64,000 bases of DNA from Eledone cirrhosa (taxonomy: Eukaryota). This document shows positions 14,820-29,309 of the stretch, piece by piece. The translations under genes were made by a program, and so were the position numbers. The notes below the pieces were generated by a model. That model worked only from the letters and a program-made list of their open reading frames with translations, was not told where the DNA came from and made no database searches. The stretch lies in the NCBI GenBank assembly GCA_964016885.1, contig OZ024743.1:24986001-25050000 (forward strand), in the 5' to 3' direction. Within the stretch, counting starts at the first letter, position 1; every line of letters starts with the position of its first letter.

Positions 14820-17130
14820 TTTGTAAAAATCTAGGTCGTCTGCTTTGCCAGAAAATTCTATCCAGCGATTCTTTCTTTAGACATTCTAGCCTCATGTCCG
14901 TACTGTCGCATTTATGATCTTTCGATTTGGAGGAGTAGCATCTCTACCTAGAGTGACTCCATAATCTTCGAGCTACGCACTCTATTAATAACCTTTCTTA
15001 AAATACTCTTCGGAGGAACCCCATTTCTGCTGCTTTTAATCGTAATCGTATTTTTTCAGTCTTTACTGCACAGGCTTCTTGAGAAGAGACATGTCTCAAT
15101 CTTCACAGCACTGATTTTCATTCCTCTCGCATAGAAGACGACATCAAACCTATCTAATGCATGTCGAAAAACATCTTCAACTAGTTATGTTGTATTATAT
15201 CATCTTCAAATTCCAACCGACAGATCCTACACATTCCAGTTTTGATGTTACTTCCAACCCGGCTACACATGTCAATACTGTTTGTGAAGAATATGAACAA
15301 GAGAGGTGACAGTAGGCAACCTTGGCAAAGTCTGATACCCACATTAAATGGTTTCGACTTAGCACCATTTATAGGAACACAAGCACTAAAGCATTCCTAT
15401 AAGGAGTTCAAGGCAACACGTAGCTATCAATAGATCTCACACTCCTGCAGAACCTCCCATAACAAGTCCCGTGGAACGCGGTCAAATGCCTTTTCGAGGT
15501 TTACAAAATAAGCATACACCTCTTGGCAATACTCCCACGATTTCTCGAAGACCTTTCCCAGTGTAAATATTTCATCGGCTGTGCTGGGTTCTGGGCGAAA
15601 ACAACACTGTTCGTGAGTTAGCTTGGAGTTGACAATATCCCTACATCACTTTGCCAAACATTTAGCATAAATTTTACAGGGGAGGCTTAACAAGGGGATC
15701 CTTCTATAATAAGTGTAATCTAACTTGTCTCCGCTTTTGAAAATTGGGGTTATCCTTCTCGATTGCCATTGCTTTTGTACTTTTCTAGAGATGCAGGGCC
15801 AGCCGGCACATACGATTCAACCGGGGAATTCCTTCTCTATATAAGGCTCTTAACATCTTGGACCGAATTTCATCCTCCCCATAGGCCTTGCCATATTTGA
15901 ACTTTTTAATTGCTCTGATGAAATCAGCCTCCTAGACGCTATTCTTTGCCCCTAGAGGCAGCTCATCTACAGGATGCACCTCTCTTCTGAGAAAAGAACC
16001 TTAGAGGAATTGCTGACAACAGGTGTAGAGGGGGGGCCTCTTATTATGAAGTCAGCGGATGGTCTGCCTGAATGATATATATACCGATCTAAATTTGGAT
16101 TCCAGCTTTCGTGTCTTAACCTTGGCCGCCTTTACTGATTCTGTTGCAAATTTCACTGTCAGCATCTTTCTTTGAATCACCTTTTTAACCTCATGGTTGA
16201 ACCAGGGTGCTCTCTTGCCACCCGACCCCACACAGATCTGCTTTTGCCCGCAGAATTTAACAGCTGAAGTAGAAGCTAACGAACGGAACCACTTCCACTC
16301 CGTTTCAACGTCCTCATTTTGTCCAGAGAGTTCTCTAAATTCGGATTTAATAGCATCTGCATACCTGGTCCTGACCTCCCCATGATAATGAGCTTCCCCT
16401 TTATCCTGTAGGTGGAGCTGGATCTGCCTGAAGTTTCCTTGATTTAGGGTAGTCTCATGTTGCATCACCTTACTGAATTACATAGGAAAGACATACTGAA
16501 TAAGATGAACATCCTGCACAGAATCGAAGAGAATAGCGAGGTTGAAGATATCAATCAATAATCTCTGCCTTCGATTTCTCTTAAACCATGAATAGTTATG
16601 AATGTCTTTGTATTGGAAGAAGGTATTCATAATAGAAAGCCCGTTATTAGAATAGAGGTCTAATAGAATTAGGCTTCGCTGTTCGCATTTAAATTGGGAT
16701 TAACTTACCTCCAATCACTCAACAAGTGCATCAATGTCTCTTATGACATCACGATATATGACTCTATCTTAACTACATTAAACCTTGTAGTCACTTCATC
16801 AAGGAAATGTCTGCCTTTTGACTTTTTGTTTGGCGCATGTACTTGCATCATCCACAAAGACATTTCTTTCAGCCTAAGCTTCAAGTGGCAAATTCTCCAC
16901 CCCAATAGGATCTAGTCCATAGCACATTCCGATAGCCGAGGACATGTGAGTATCCCCCCCCCCCCCTACACGTTAAGGAATCTCTAGCACTGCATATGAA
17001 TAGTGGAATTTCCATCGTCTATCCAAATCTACAGTATCAGAGCCACGGAACTTTGTTGAGGAAACCATTCTCAATGATCTTTCCTGTTCTCAAGAGGCAA
17101 ACCTGTAGAAACTCCACAGGACACACCATT
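14820..17130 (-). mobile_element. degenerate RTE-clade LINE (endonuclease region to RT)
   Basis: Fragments such as PIFKSGDK, LSLPCKIYAKCL, EQCCFRP, YFVNLEKAFDRVPR and GVRLCQGCLLSPLLFI, and DVETEWKWFR...PWFNHEVK in ORF 16052-16468; many stops and frameshifts; homologous to 55360-57022. Confidence 0.85.
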
Positions 17131-17310
17131 CCATTTTACTTCATCCATTTGTTTGTTTCATCACTCAGAGTCCCTTTGCTTTTCATCCTTATGGGGTCGA
17201 TAAAATAAGATACCAGTAATACAGTGTGTACGATTTTATGGACTTCCCCCTCCCCTTCAAATTTCTGGCCTTGCGCCTAAAGTAGAAACAATTATTATTA
17301 TTATTTTGTT

Positions 17311-17491
17311 GGATTGGCAGTATCGGTAGAGGGTCGGACGCCATGCTTTCCAGCATAGTTATGTCCCTTTACGGTCTGAGTTCAAATCCCGTCGAGGTTA
17401 ACTTTGCTTTTCATTCTTACGGGGTCGATAAAATAAAGTACCAGTAATGTACTGGATAATTGCTGGCCTTGTGCCAAAAGTAGAAACAATT
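17311..17491 (+). mobile_element. SINE family S1, near full length (preceded by a partial copy at about 17170-17295)
   Basis: A box, B box, body and GCTGGCCTTGTGCC..AAGTAGAAACAATT tail. Confidence 0.9.
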
Positions 17492-17509
17492 TTATTTTAT
17501 CACAGGTTT

Positions 17510-18850
17510 TGTTGGAACTTCTGGATTCTTACATGACTAGTGGGCTTGCTACCTGCAGTCTACTGTACCATTCTATTTGTTCCAATAACAATCAACACTG
17601 TCTTTACCTGCCTCATTTCCAAAATCGAGCTATCTAATATTTAAAGATTGTACAACTCTACTCTCTCAATTCCTTCTTAAATATCTGTGAGCATGCAACA
17701 ACGAGTAAAACACACACATGATTTTACTTTGTCTCCCACCACTAAATCTGGTTTGTTGCGCTCAAGCTCCTGGTCCGTTTGAATTGGGAAATTCTACATG
17801 ATTTTGCAAGTTTCCGACTCAGTCACTCTCTATGGTTTGTGCTCCTACCTTGTCTTAACTCTCTCTAACCCTCACTTTTCACACAGTCTCCAGCAGATAA
17901 CCTATACTAGTTTTGGGTAAGTCTAGGACATTATTTTGGCAATAGTCTCGTAAAATTCTCTACATGCTCGGCACAACAGAGACACTTGCTTATTTCTAAG
18001 ACTGATCAGCCAATGTGTGGCCAAAGCTTGGTCTTGCGCTACAAGCATAGTGCTGTAAGTCACTTTGACAGTCCAAACTCCATCGTGTTATCATCTGAGA
18101 AAATCCGCACAGAATGAACTAGGCTGTCTAATTCTGCCTCATGTTTTGCGAACAATTTCAAATCATCCATAACTAGAAGGCGATTCAGCTTTTGTTTTAC
18201 CATTTCCCAGTTGATAACCCAACTTTGTCTTCTGCAATATATCACCCAATTGAATCAGTGGAGATACACTGTTTCCCTGGAAATTCCTCTCCTAATTTTC
18301 CTTTCTCCTAACACCTGATTTCCTACTGTCAATTCATTGCTCTAACATTTCATACAGTTCCATATAAGGCTTCTCATGTTTTCTGCTACTCTATACATTT
18401 TCATGGTTCTTGTCATCTATGAGTGTAGTATCATATCTGCTTTATGATAATTAAGCCATGCTATGCGCAAATGTGAGTGCCTCCTATTGCAGATTCTGAT
18501 AATTAGTTTGTCAATTAATAGCTGATCTTTTATTCCCGGCTCCTCTTTCCACATTTTCTGTTCAATTGGTAGCAGCCCACATTTTTCTAGATATCCATAC
18601 AACTTATCGGCCCAAACACCTGTCAGTAGTTTCTACATTAGCGGAAGGCAGATTATTGGCCTAAAGTTGGATACAGTGTTACCATTTTCAATTAACTTGA
18701 CACAAAATGTATTTCTATTTATCATCAAACTGGCAACTAAGCCTTCTTGCAAGCATCTATCCAACTGTTGAACTATCCTTTCATGGAGCCTTCTCAGATT
18801 CTTCATCCAGTATCATTGAACGCCGTCCGACCCTGGGCTCTTTCAATTGG
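17510..18850 (-). mobile_element. degenerate R4/Dong-like non-LTR retrotransposon (RT plus restriction-like endonuclease)
   Basis: NFRPIICLPLM, LLPIEQK, KDQLLIDK, IAWLNYHKA, MDDLKLFAK..SVRIFSDD..MEFGLSK, and C-terminal FPIQTDQELERNKPDLVV. Confidence 0.85.
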
Positions 18851-19259
18851 TGTTTTGCTTATCTATATTTCTAAGTTTCATGTATTTAATTGTATATTGT
18901 CTGGAACCTATATATTTGATTTTTAGCAGTCTCTGGATGATGACTGAGCCTGCGTTAATCAAACACAAGATACCTGTCGGGCGAATGACCTTCACCGTTG
19001 CTTCCAACCTCAAATTTCACCATTATTCAATAAACTTGTTTTGAACATTTTCACTCAATATAGTGTTTTAAGGTTAGCTAACAACCATTGTTTATCGAGA
19101 TATCATCTCTAGATAGATTATCAACCTCTCTCTACCCATAAGTTGGGACAATTCCCCTCCTCATATCTGAGGATACAAAACGTTTTTGTTTTTTTCTTTT
19201 TAGCACAACGCGCTCGATCTTTTAAAACAAGATTATCTCACATAAAACGCCAGCGTCAA

Positions 19260-19506
19260 AAGTTTTTCTAGAAATGGCGACGTGAATAGACCTGCTTTTT
19301 CTCTTAAAAAAAAACAAATGTTTTTCGTTTCTGCCACTACCCGTCTCATCACCTCAATCTTTCTTCTTTAGTTTCTCATTCTATTTTCTGATGTAGGATT
19401 AGCGTCCGAAACGTTAAGAATCATTTCCTACTGTATTCAGTATAAAACTAATAATATATTTATGCAGTGTACTGTGTCGTCTGCTTTATTATTTCTGTTT
19501 GCCTTC

Positions 19507-19510
<4 letters not shown>
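19260..19510 (+). mobile_element. hammerhead-bearing element, family F (HHR 19385-19420, core decayed to CTGATGT)
   Basis: CTGATGT-A-GGA TTAGCG TCC-GAAA-CGTT-AAGA, followed by a T-rich tail ending in (TA)n. Confidence 0.7.
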
Positions 19511-19556
<46 letters not shown>

Positions 19557-19567
19557 AATGTATGTAC

Positions 19568-19790
19568 GTAAAAGGTAAACAGAAATAACAACACAATCGG
19601 TACAGTATATGGAAGGGATATATTAGGTTAACGCTTGATATACCAGGAAGAGGGTCTTAACGTTTCTGACGCTAGTCCTTCATCAGAAGAAAGAATGAGA
19701 AATAAGATAGATTGAGGGGACGGGCAGGTTGGAATTGGAAAATATGTCTTTAGATAAAAATAACAGGTCCATTCATATTGACATCTCTTG
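19568..19790 (-). mobile_element. hammerhead-bearing element, family F (HHR 19655-19690)
   Basis: Minus strand TCTT-CTGATGA-AGGAC TAGC GTCA-GAAA-CGTT-AAGA; homologous to the + copy at 19260-19510. Confidence 0.75.
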
Positions 19791-19823
19791 CAATATATAT
19801 ATATATATATATATATAGTATAT

Positions 19824-19999
19824 AGGACGGCAGAGCTCAAGCCGTTTCGACGGCTATTTCTGGACTCAGAAATAGCCGTCGAAACGGTTTGATCTCTGCC
19901 GTCGGGGTCATACTTTTTCCTATTTCCCACTCTACTACCCTAAGTATTGAGTACTCTGGTGCGTTATGGTCCATCTGGTTCCTTACCACAATTCCTTTG

Positions 20000-20001
<2 letters not shown>
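19824..20001. mobile_element. family A foldback element (half hammerhead) in (TA)n
   Basis: Palindrome GACGGCAGAGCTCAAGCCGTTTC-GACGGCTATTTCTG GACT CAGAAATAGCCGTC-GAAACGG.TTGA.CTCTGCCGTC plus a ~100-bp tail. Confidence 0.85.
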
Positions 20002-20050
<49 letters not shown>

Positions 20051-20578
20051 TTACCACTTATATCCTATCAAAAGTTGTAATTATATTTTTATATTGCACA
20101 TGCCCTGAGCAATGGCTGACCTCACCTTCTTTGGGATCTAATATTTTTCTGGAATTACAAGGCGTCTACTGATGATGGCTGATGTTAATCAATCGTAAAT
20201 ATTGATCAATTTTGCTGCATGAAATGATATCATAAAGGCCTCATAAAAATTTCGTGGCTATCTAAGTATAATATTTATTCTGTCTCTGTTTTTTTAGCCA
20301 GATTGTTTTGTTCTCTACAAAATATTAGATATGTGGTTTCCTATCAAATTGGGAGTGTACAGCCGCTCTCAGGTATTTCATTCTTAGCTTCAATTCCTAC
20401 ATTGAGCGATCATAGAGCCACATGATCCTTTTATATTATATATCGATCTTTTGATATATATATATATATATATATATGCATATATACACATACACACACA
20501 TATATATGTATATATATTATATATATATATATGTATACACACATTTACGCATATGTACATATATCTATATATATATAC

Positions 20579-20789
<211 letters not shown>

Positions 20790-20825
20790 CGTGTATGCAT
20801 ATATATATATGCATACACACATTTG

Positions 20826-21105
20826 TGGAGGCACGTGGCCTAGCGGTAAGAGTGTTGGACTTACGATCATAATGTGTGTTCGATTCTTGGGTTGCGTGTT
20901 GTGTTCTTGAGCAAAACACTTAATTTCAGGTTGCTCCAGTATACTCAGCTGAAAATGAGTACCAGCAATAGCTGGAGGTTTAACCCTGCGATGGACTGGC
21001 GTCCTGTCCAGGGGGGGGGGGGGAGTCTTGTACTCTCAGTCGCTTCACGCCATGACACCAGGATAAGCACCGGCCAAATGACCCTTCTGGCTTAAGACAG
21101 ACTTT
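20826..21105 (+). mobile_element. tRNA-derived SINE, family S2
   Basis: GTGGCCTAGCGGTAAG (A box), GTTCGATTC (B box), CTTGAGCAAAACACTT, GCGATGGACTGGCGTCC. Confidence 0.8.
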
Positions 21106-21140
21106 AGACTTTTTTTTAGATACACACATTTATGCATATA

Positions 21141-21198
<58 letters not shown>

Positions 21199-21208
21199 TG
21201 TATGTATA

Positions 21209-21260
<52 letters not shown>

Positions 21261-21288
21261 TGTATATATATATATATATGTATGTATA

Positions 21289-21353
<65 letters not shown>

Positions 21354-21409
21354 CACGCATATATACATATGTGTACACACATTTATGCATATGTACATAT
21401 ATATATATA

Positions 21410-21577
<168 letters not shown>

Positions 21578-21937
21578 TACATATACACGCACACACACAC
21601 ACACATATACATATATATACATACACATATATACATATATATTTGTGTGTGTGTGAGTGTAATATTGATTGTTGGAATGTTTGGTAGCTCTATCATCTTG
21701 ACTACTACTGTATATGGATGGGCGGTGCCTGCAGCAACACACACATTAGCATATAGACTGAGACAGATGATGTATGTTGGCACGTGCGAACCCACATGCA
21801 ATAGCATACACATGCACGTGTAAATGCACACACAGTGTTACGCATTCACGCACAGAGGTAATGCTTAGAAAGGCACGCATACACATATCTGTCAATCACT
21901 ACATCATATATCAGCGATAAGGTAAGACACCGTTTAT

Positions 21938-21974
<37 letters not shown>

Positions 21975-21995
21975 CAACAACAACACAACAACAAC

Positions 21996-22042
<47 letters not shown>

Positions 22043-22100
22043 AACAATGATAATTGTTTCTAATAAGGGCCAGACATTTGGGGGAGTAAGTTAAATAAAG

Positions 22101-22186
<86 letters not shown>

Positions 22187-22551
22187 AATATATATATATG
22201 CCATTATCATTAATGTTGTTATTGTTGTTATTATATTCAGCTAAATTTCGAAATCCTCCCCCCCCCCCCTTCTCCTCATCCACATCATCATCATCATTGC
22301 TATTACTACCACAATCACCATCATTTTACCACCACCCACCATTAATACAAACACCATACTCACCAGTACTATCAGCAGCATTAATAATGGCTCATTCATT
22401 AGAGTATCGGAGAAAATCATTAGAGAATTGTTCTAGACTTTTACGTTATGAGTTCAAATCTTACCAAGATCCACTTTAAATTTCCTCCCTCACTCGGTCG
22501 ATAGAGCATAATAACACAATCGTTATATTTATGTGAATATTAGAAATTAAT

Positions 22552-22694
22552 AATTGTTTCTACTTTTGGCACAAGGCCAGCGAACACCCAGTACATTACT
22601 GGTACTTTATTTTATCCACGCCGTAAGGATGTAAGGCAAAGTTAACCTCGACGGGATTTGAACTCAGATCCCGTCGAAGTTAACTTTGCCTTAC
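22552..22694 (-). mobile_element. 5'-truncated SINE S1 ending in a 64-bp foldback palindrome
   Basis: GTAAGGCAAAGTTAACCTCGACGGGATTTG AACT CAGATCCCGTCGAAGTTAACTTTGCCTTAC at 22631-22694. Confidence 0.85.
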
Positions 22695-23024
22695 TATTAG
22701 AAATAAATAATACAACTATGTTTGTCGTGAAACTTGTTGTTTTGCTTATTTTTAATAACGGCGATGGAAGTGCAGAAATATTCGGGATTTAAAAATGCTG
22801 AACGGAATTTCCTCCACCTCAAAATTGTCTTTTGTTGTTCTTCCTGGTTAGATAAAATAATTAGGACTCAAGTGCTTTAGGCGACCATTATAAAGTAGAA
22901 CACATCTAAGTATTTTGGATACGTGACATATGTATATATATGTAAATAATATAAATTATGTATATATACTTACATATATACACACAAACACATACATACA
23001 AATATATATATAAATATATATATA

Positions 23025-23142
<118 letters not shown>

Positions 23143-23202
23143 ATATATATATATTATATATATATAAATATATATATATGTATATATATATATACATATA
23201 TG

Positions 23203-23255
<53 letters not shown>

Positions 23256-23460
23256 TTATTCATATACATATGTGCATAAGTATATAAGTACATATATATG
23301 TATATCTAACCTATATATATTTGTACTTATATACTAATACACATATGCATATACATATGTGTATAAGTATATAAGTACAAATATATCTATATATCTAACC
23401 CATGCTAGCGTGGAAGATAGACGATAAACGATGATGATGATGATGATAATCATGATCATG

Positions 23461-23500
<40 letters not shown>

Positions 23501-23931
23501 ATATTTGCATGTATGTGTATATACATGTATATATATGTATATATATATACATCTATATTCTTACATGTATATATATGTATATATATATACATCTATATTC
23601 TTACATGTATATATATATATATATACATCTATATTATTACATATATGTATATATATACATCTATATTTTTACATATATATACATGAATATATATCTATAT
23701 TCATGTATATATATATGTATATATATATATAAATCTATATTCTTACATATATGTATGTGTATATACATGTATATATATGTATATATATATACATCAATAT
23801 TCTTACATATATACATCTATATTCACACATATATATATATACATCTATATACTTACACATATACATGAATATATATGTATATATATATATACATCTATAT
23901 TTTTACATCTATATTCTTACATATATAATAT

Positions 23932-23994
<63 letters not shown>

Positions 23995-24109
23995 CATATA
24001 TATATGTGTATAAGAATATATATATATGTATATATATACATATATATTCTTACATATATATACATATATATATATAAATAAATAAGTAAATATATATATA
24101 CATTCTTAT

Positions 24110-24154
<45 letters not shown>

Positions 24155-24329
24155 CATAGATGCATATACATATAGGTACATGCATATATATATAAATATA
24201 TATATATACGTCCGACGTTTGCAAGCAGGGAAAAGTGGACGCAAACTGATGATGATGATATATATATATATATATGTGTGTGTATATGTGCTTGTGTGTA
24301 TGTGCTTGTGTGTACGTGTGTGTGAATGC

Positions 24330-24600
24330 GTCAAAAGCAAACAAAATGTGTCAAAAGCAAACAACACAGAACTATATTGAAGAACTATATTAATTTAACG
24401 CTTGAAATATCAGGAAAAGAGTCTTAATGTTTCGGCCACAAGTCCTTCATCAGAAAATAGAATTAGAAATAAAAGACAATGTAGAAAGATAGAAAAGGAA
24501 GTAACAAAAAAAAAAGAAAAAAGGCAAAATGAGAAAAAAAACCCACAAGTGCCTATTTAGTCAGTCAAGTTGATTAGAATCACGTCACAACTTGACAGAT
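24330..24600 (-). mobile_element. hammerhead-bearing element, family F (HHR about 24421-24458)
   Basis: Minus strand TTTT-CTGATGA-AGGACTTGTGGCC-GAAA-CATT-AAGA followed by TATTTCAAGCGTTAA, as in family F. Confidence 0.7.
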
Positions 24601-24643
24601 AAAGATCATATATATATATATATATATATATATGATTTATATA

Positions 24644-24733
<90 letters not shown>

Positions 24734-24806
24734 TATATAAAAAATCTATGAATATATAAATCATATATATGTATATACATTCACCCACACTCACATGCTC
24801 ATAAAG

Positions 24807-24878
<72 letters not shown>

Positions 24879-24919
24879 ATTTATATGTATGTATATGCAT
24901 ATATATATATATGTATATA

Positions 24920-24976
<57 letters not shown>

Positions 24977-25060
24977 TATACATATATATATATATATATA
25001 TATACATATACCAACATATAAATTATGTATATATATATATGTATACATATATATATATGT

Positions 25061-25127
<67 letters not shown>

Positions 25128-25184
25128 ATGTATGTATATGCATATATATATATATTTATATATATATATATATGTATATATGTA

Positions 25185-25216
<32 letters not shown>

Positions 25217-25231
25217 CATTATACATATATA

Positions 25232-25321
<90 letters not shown>

Positions 25322-25640
25322 GTAAAAAATTGAACGGGAACAAAACAGAGAGGCAGTACGAACAAAGGTTTATTAGTTTCACGCTCTTGAGAGTGGGGTG
25401 GTATATATATATAAGGATGCTACCAAATATCGTGACTCGATGTCTGAGAAAGATCTGTATACGGTGGTCCATCCCTCAAATGTTTAAAGTTTACATGTAC
25501 GGCTGACGTATAAACTTCTTTCCGTCCAGGGTCTCTTATCCCCGACTTGTTGATATGAATTTCAATACATTTTACATATATTTAAGTGATATATTTTCTA
25601 TATATGTATATAATTTTATATAAATTTTATATAGAAATTG

Positions 25641-25740
25641 CTCCTGCAGGACTAGAACTGTTTCATTCGGAAGAAATCATGAGGAAAGCCCATGTTAGTA
25701 CCTTACTTACTGTGGTTACGCCCGATTGAACCCAGGATTA
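25641..25740 (-). mobile_element. family E element with decayed hammerhead (25641-25691)
   Basis: CTCATGA-TTTC TTCC GAAT-GAAA-CAG TTCTAGTC CTG-CA; shares upstream TACTTACTGTGGTTAC with the 42623-42745 copy. Confidence 0.65.
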
Positions 25741-25785
25741 ACATATCTGTATCTATCTATCTATCTATCTATCTATCTCTCTCTC

Positions 25786-25877
<92 letters not shown>

Positions 25878-25956
25878 CTACTATATATAGTAGTATGTAT
25901 ATATATATACATACATATCTAAATATATATCTGTGTATATATATATATATATGTAA

Positions 25957-25997
<41 letters not shown>

Positions 25998-26156
25998 CAT
26001 ATGTACACGCATATATATATACATAAATACATATGTATACACACATATATATATGTGTGTGTACAGGCATATATATATATATGTACATATGCATACACAC
26101 ACACATATATATACATATATATACATATATATGTATATATATATATATATGTATAA

Positions 26157-26318
26157 CATAACCAAGGAAGTGTGGTAAGGAACCAGGTAGACCATAACGC
26201 ACCAGAGTTATGGGTAGTAGAGTGGGTAATAGGAAAAGGTTCAGGATCCCGACGGCAGAGTTCAAGCCGTTTCGACGGCTATTTCTGAGCTCTGCCGTCG
26301 GGATCATGAACCATTTCC

Positions 26319-26319
<1 letters not shown>
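26157..26319. mobile_element. family A foldback element in (TA)n, long arm on minus strand
   Basis: Reverse complement of the family A tail and half-HHR, then a short inverted arm GAGCTCTGCCGTCGGGATC. Confidence 0.85.
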
Positions 26320-26379
<60 letters not shown>

Positions 26380-26522
26380 CATATATATATATATATACAC
26401 AGATATATATTTACATATATTTATTGTACTGCCTCTCTGTTCTGTCCCTGTTCAATTTTTCATTATATATATACATATATATATATACATATATATATTT
26501 ATATATATACGAATATGTATAG

Positions 26523-26565
<43 letters not shown>

Positions 26566-26730
26566 CATACATGTATATTCATGCATGATCCCACCATAAC
26601 TCCTGAGGCAGTTACTCTATGCCATTTTAAACCTGGCAGGGCCCATCCATTTTGCGGTGGGCCGAAAGGAATACCGCAAGGCATTCTATCCGACGTTCTA
26701 AGGACTCTGTAAATTCGCTTATATTCATAC

Positions 26731-26761
<31 letters not shown>

Positions 26762-26762
<1 letters not shown>

Positions 26763-26855
26763 GAATAAGGAAAAGCGAAGTAGTTTCAGATGTTCTATCA
26801 CAGCATTATTATTAAAGGACTTGAACATCTGAAACTACTTCGCTTTTCCTAATTC
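26762..26855. repeat. inverted repeat with ~33-bp arms inside (TA)n
   Basis: GAATAAGGAAAAGCGAAGTAGTTTCAGATGTTC ... GAACATCTGAAACTACTTCGCTTTTCCTAATTC. Confidence 0.85.
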
Positions 26856-26929
26856 GCTATTTACTCCGTCACTCCTATGTGGAAAAAGTACGTTGAGTGC
26901 TTAAATTGAATTGCATCAATGTTTACCCT

Positions 26930-26986
<57 letters not shown>

Positions 26987-26996
26987 TATATATATT

Positions 26997-27561
<565 letters not shown>

Positions 27562-27626
27562 TATGTATATATATGCGTGTATGTATATATATATATATAT
27601 ATATGTGTGTATGCATGAATATATGT

Positions 27627-27690
<64 letters not shown>

Positions 27691-27691
27691 A

Positions 27692-27791
27692 CAGGGTGTC
27701 CGCAGAAAATGTATACAAACTGCAACAGCATTGTATTAAACATTGCCTGTTCGGGTAATCAAAATATGTATACATTTTTCAGGACACCCTG
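27692..27791. mobile_element. 100-bp MITE with Tc1/mariner-type TIRs
   Basis: CAGGGTGTCC..GAAAATGTATACA ... TGTATACATTTTTCAGGACACCCTG. Confidence 0.8.
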
Positions 27792-28140
27792 TGTGTGTAT
27801 ATATATATATATATATATAAGTTCAGTTCACCATACGTCTATCTTATAAATGTATATTTTGCATGCATTTAGGTATTTTGGAAAACACAGTGACACAAAC
27901 CCACACAAACGCAAAAACGCACGCCTGCCTTTTTGCATAGGCGAGTGCGCGTCTTTCTCTCTCTATCTCTCTCTCTCTATCCCTCTTCCTCTCTCTCCCT
28001 CTCTCTCTTTCTGTGCCCATCTATGTAGGTGTGCGATGTTTGTGTATGTAAGAGCATCATAACTATAATGTGTATATATTCCGGTTTAGAATATTGATGT
28101 TTGTCAACCTGCATTTATAGGTACATACATATATACATAT

Positions 28141-28224
<84 letters not shown>

Positions 28225-28234
28225 ATATATATAT

Positions 28235-28315
<81 letters not shown>

Positions 28316-28386
28316 CAAACATTTTAATATATGTTTGTAAGTATGTATCTATCTCTCTATCTCTCTATCTCTCTCTCTACATATGT

Positions 28387-29305
28387 ACAGAGTGATTTAC
28401 ACAAAACTTGGTCCGCGCACAGTTTGTATCACTGTATATTTATTTTCTAACTGATCAACCTTAAATTTCAGGTCACGGTAGATACAACGTTTGCGAAGTG
28501 AACAACATTGGGAGCTTCATCCCTGGGTTTTCTGTGTGAGACACTATTATATATATGGCTTTTACAAGTAGGTCCTTTTTGAAACTGGCAATTATCCCTT
28601 TAAAGCCAATATTGGGTGAAGAGGACCTATGGACAGTGACAAACTTCAATACAATGTCTGAGAACTATCCCCTGGACGAACCTGGAAGCGTTGTGTAGAA
28701 AGGATGTTATTGATATGGTCTCATAGTCTGTTGAATAGAGCCCACAACAATCGTTGCGCAGGAGAAGCCAATATTTTGGTCTCCCCACAGAAACTTGCAG
28801 GAGTATCTTAAGATGTACTGCTACAGCGTAGAGACTAAACAAAGTTTTATTGTAGGTGATAAGACCAAGAGAAAATGGCTGTTAAAATACTGGAGAAGAT
28901 GGAAAACATCCCAAATTTTCTGAATCTGCGGTGGACGTCTGGTGAAGACAAATTTCACCTAGAGTGGGAGATCAGCTTTAAGAAAAATATGTTCTGCGGC
29001 TCAGAGAAACCCACCTAAGTGGCTGTGAAACCTCTCATCTCGGCTAAATAAACCGTCTGGGCTGCTATTTCTAAGAGAAGGTTCATTGGCCCATTTTTCT
29101 TCGAAGAAAATAGTGCCACCTATACAGTCACAAAGAATGCTATGTGAAGGTCCAGAAATACCTAAAAAAGGAGTTATAGACCACGTATTCATCTCTAATG
29201 GACGGGTTCTGGTTCCAGTAAGACGACATGCCCTCACATCTGCAATGAGTCGCGAGAATGGCTGAAGAATAACTTTGGAAATAGTGTGATCAGATTTCTT
29301 TCTTT
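28387..29305 (+). mobile_element. degenerate Tc1/mariner transposase
   Basis: Motif relics FHL, SEKP, TVWAAIS..FIGPFFFE and WFQ*D...H; possible left TIR TA-CAGAGTGATT. Confidence 0.7.
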
Positions 29306-29309
29306 GGGG

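Noticed and set aside
20298-20372. Possible + strand 75-nt exon with AG/GT ends
   Set aside because: No partner exons on the + strand, two frames equally open and no recognisable peptide.
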